Shown here: in pieces, positions 48,719 to 51,292 of the stretch | How positions within the stretch are numbered: the stretch's first letter is position 1 | Layout: each line of letters begins with the position of its first letter | Assembly: GCA_003971905.1 (NCBI GenBank) | Contig: RSEE01000043.1 | Location: 496,001 to 547,292 of the forward strand | DNA: 51,292 nucleotides | Source of the DNA: Moniliella sp. 'wahieum' | Taxonomy: Eukaryota | Reading direction: 5' to 3' | Position numbers and translations under genes: made by a program | Notes under the pieces: generated by a model | What the model was told of the DNA's origin: nothing | The model's input: the letters and a program-made list of their open reading frames with translations, nothing else | Database searches by the model: none

Positions 48719-49075
48719 TCAGGCCAAGGCGCCGTACTGTGGAGAAGCACATCAGTTCAGTCAGCAGGGAGCACGCATGAGCGTATGGGAAGCTCGACGG
48801 CGTGGGCACATACACCAGGAGGAGGGCGGGCTGGTTGGTGCCAACGGCCTCGTAGCGGCCACTGCCAACATAGACAAAGCCCTGCAGGCCGAACTCTTCG
48901 CGCGTTGATGTACTTGTAGATGATGAACAGCGCCCAGATGTGGCCGGGCAATGCGCCGAGGAGGGTGAGGATGACGCAGATGAGCAGGTCGCACGAGCAG
49001 CCCGTCAGGAACAAGACGGGGCGGGCGGGAAGATGATGGCGCACAGCACAAGCAGGATTCGGAGGCGAGGACCAT
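48719..49075 (-). CDS. Pmp3/SNA (UPF0057) small membrane proteolipid with a C-terminal PPxY-like motif
   Basis: LLVLCAIIFPP.VLFLTGCSCDLLICVILTLLGALPGHIWALFIIYK, tail EEFGLQGFVYVGSGRYEAV, intron 48737-48813 (GTATGT...CTGAC...CAG) and last exon YGALA*. Frameshifts are present. Confidence 0.88.
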
Positions 49076-50266
49076 GATGGGCTGTGGTGGGGTGCGATGG
49101 CGGTGGTGGCGAGCGGCTCGGAGTTCGCAGCGACTGCGAGGCGGGGTGCGGCGTGTGATGCGTGATGATGTAAGCGATGCATGACGCCACACGTGACAGT
49201 GACCGTGCACGACGCGCTTATGTCAGCGAGGCGTTGAGTTCCTGATCTGATGGGGGGGGGCACCCTGGATCACCACCGACTCTGAAGCTCATCCGGCGTG
49301 TTGCTTGTTGGCGCCTAACCTGTTCCGGAAACCATGGGAACCGCCAGCAGGGCAGCATCCTCATGCCTCTGCCTGACCTCCCGCGCACACTGGCCCCCGT
49401 CACCCCCCACAAAACTTGATCTATCGTTTATCCTCTTGATCAGCGACTGCCTCGCCGAGGGGGCCGCCACCGGGGCGGCTGGCCCACGGCGAGGCAAGCA
49501 AGCAACCCGCCTCCCCCGCCCTCGACCAAGTTGCGCTCCCAGGCGACGCCACTTTTCCCTTGAAGCTTGGCTGCCCTCTGTGCCCCACCGCGCGACTGCA
49601 ACGGCACTGACCTGTTGCGGTAGTGCCTCACCCAGGCCCGCCTGGAACCCGTCCTTCGCCTCGTGGACTAAATTTACCTGGATTCAACGCCGAGCAAGCA
49701 CTGTGGATGGCATGTGCCAAGCGCATGTTGTACGTCCCCATCATTGCCCCATCCTGAAACGCACCCAGAGGAACGACTATGCCTATGCCCCCGGCATGGG
49801 CGAGAGCTTGCTGTAGCGCCAACAATGTACACTGCGGTCGTGATGCCCCGCGGCAGCATTGGCGTGTGGTGCGTGGTCGTACAGGAACACAGTTGCTCCT
49901 TGTGTAATGCAAGGTCGGCACAATACGCCCCTAACACGGCATGGTGGTCTGCCAGTGAACTGGGAATACGAAATGGCTGCGCTGGGCGGGAAGAGGAGTG
50001 GATAGCCCAGGCTAAGAACACTATCTACTAGTCTTGGCCACGCAGGTGTGTTCGGGGGGTCGCTGTACCACTGGTGGGTACCTTCCTGGAACATCGCCGA
50101 CGCAATCGGCCCGAAGCAAGTATATCTCGTTTGAATCGTACCCCATGGGGTCTGCGGAAAGGCGAGTATGTGGACGGAGCGGAGACCACAAGTTATGATG
50201 GTGTGCCATCAAGAAGGGCAGGTGGCTATCGTCATTGTCACAACTACTACTAAGTAGGGTTAGCTA

Positions 50267-50500
50267 AGTGGGACGGTAGAGGAGGGCAGGAGTACCTCTG
50301 GTGAAAATGGGGCGCCGGGGGTGCAGTACTGTTGGAGATATGGCGGTGGGAAATTTTGAGCAGAGGTGTACCGGGTGCAGCTCCTCCATGGGTGGTGCTA
50401 CAGTCGTGGTGTAGTAGTGGGAAGTGTAGAGGGAGGTGGGAGTACCGCTGTGCAAAGTGGGGCGGCGGTAGGTACAATACTCACCGAGATACAACGTGGG
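50267..50500. repeat. Degenerate subtelomeric direct repeat (~85-bp blocks about 150 bp apart)
   Basis: Block 50267-50350 (agtggga..gtaga.ggagg..ggagtacc.ctg....aa.tggggcg.cgg...gagata...gtggg) aligns with 50417-50500. Confidence 0.65.
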
Positions 50501-50825
50501 TTGGTATATACAGGGGTCTGTAGGGTGAATGGTACTAAGTGGGGTGTACTAGGGTTGCTGCTGTGGCGGAAGTGCACTAATGGGACTTGGTACGGCAGCC
50601 GAGGACTAGCGCTGGGCGAAGTGGGCAGCTGTCGGTGAGTGGTCATGGAGGGGTGACGGTTGGTAGGTGGTACCGACAGTATATGTCCTATATAGGGTGA
50701 AGAGCTAGACATATGTTGTCAGCATCAATTGGTGATTTTCAATTTGAAATCGCCACCACCTTGTTTGAAAAACGACTAGGTGAAAAGAGCGAGCCCGGTT
50801 GGTGAGAATCGTACAAGCTCTGGTG

Positions 50826-51219
50826 TTGGGTCGGGTTGGGTAGGGTTAGGGATGGGTGGTGTAACTTGTCAAGGGTGCGTCCAATCGAGAAACGGAGGCC
50901 ATATGCTGCATAGAGCGGACGATTTTTAGCGAGCTATCGTCGAGGCCATCGGAGGGTGGGTGGGGTGGGTCGGGGTGGGTAGGGTTAGGGATGGGTGGTG
51001 TAACTTGTCAACGGTGCGTCCAATCGAGAAACGGAGGCCATATGCTGCATAGAGCGGACGATTTCGTAGCGAGCTATCGTCGAGGCCATCGGAGGGTGGG
51101 TGGGTTGGGTCGGGGTGGGTAGGGTTAGGGATGGGGGGGTGTAACTTTTGAACGGGTGGTCCAATCGAAAAACGGAGGGCATATGCTGCATAGAGCGGAC
51201 GATTTATAGCGAGCTATCG
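50826..51219 (+). repeat. Subtelomeric tandem repeat, ~140-bp unit x ~2.9, each with TAGGGTTAGGG in a G-rich telomere-variant tract
   Basis: TAGGGTTAGGGATGGG starts at 50841, 50980 and 51120. The shared body is GTAACTT...TCCAATCGA.AAACGGAGG.CATATGCTGCATAGAGCGGACGATTT..TAGCGAGCTATCG. Confidence 0.95.
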
Positions 51220-51274
51220 CCTCGGCATAACTCTCTCCCCTTCGGTAGCTCGCTATCTACCCTCGGCCCTCCCC

Positions 51275-51292
51275 TAGGGTTAGGGTTAGGTT
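51275..51292 (+). repeat. Start of the telomeric (TTAGGG)n tract, chromosome right end
   Basis: The window ends in TAGGGTTAGGGTTAGGTT, with the G-rich strand running toward the end, directly after the subtelomeric repeats. Confidence 0.8.

Noticed and set aside
50985..51191. 68-aa ORF with an internal repeat
   Set aside because: It is a translation of the subtelomeric repeat.
50826..51219. CRISPR array or Penelope/Coprina telomeric retroelement
   Set aside because: The units are full tandem copies without unique spacers. There is no cas or reverse-transcriptase ORF and no hammerhead CTGANGA...GAAA core.

Overview
This is eukaryotic DNA: the right-hand end of a fungal chromosome. It is a basidiomycete, probably Ustilaginomycotina-like, inferred from protein style, short GT-AG introns with CTRAC branch sites and a TTAGGG telomere. 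Protein-coding genes in order: tubulin cofactor B, a CaMK1-type kinase, a TMEM135-family membrane protein, a Gap1/Sar1-type RasGAP, a bHLH factor, an MP88-like secreted protein, RNA14, ARG3 (OTC), a GRAM/VASt (LAM/Ysp2) sterol transporter, DBP3, CHS7, a divergent ZPR1, a Zn2Cys6 factor and a PMP3/SNA-family proteolipid. Non-coding features include a U6 snRNA gene, a solo LTR with target-site duplication, a ~140-bp subtelomeric repeat and the start of the telomere. Almost every gene carries several single-base frameshifts, most likely unpolished long-read errors, so gene ends are approximate. The most unusual signals are: (i) an unannotated ~0.7-1.5 kb ORF-free region rich in long + strand helices with G-U pairs (about 15.5-17.05 kb), a candidate structured ncRNA; (ii) a recurring intergenic grammar of A-N4-T palindromes chained with one-base spacers (7-bp period); (iii) a U6 with an extended, hairpin-forming 3' region; (iv) a strongly diverged ZPR1; and (v) a fold-back at the telomere junction. 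None is proven novel without database searches.
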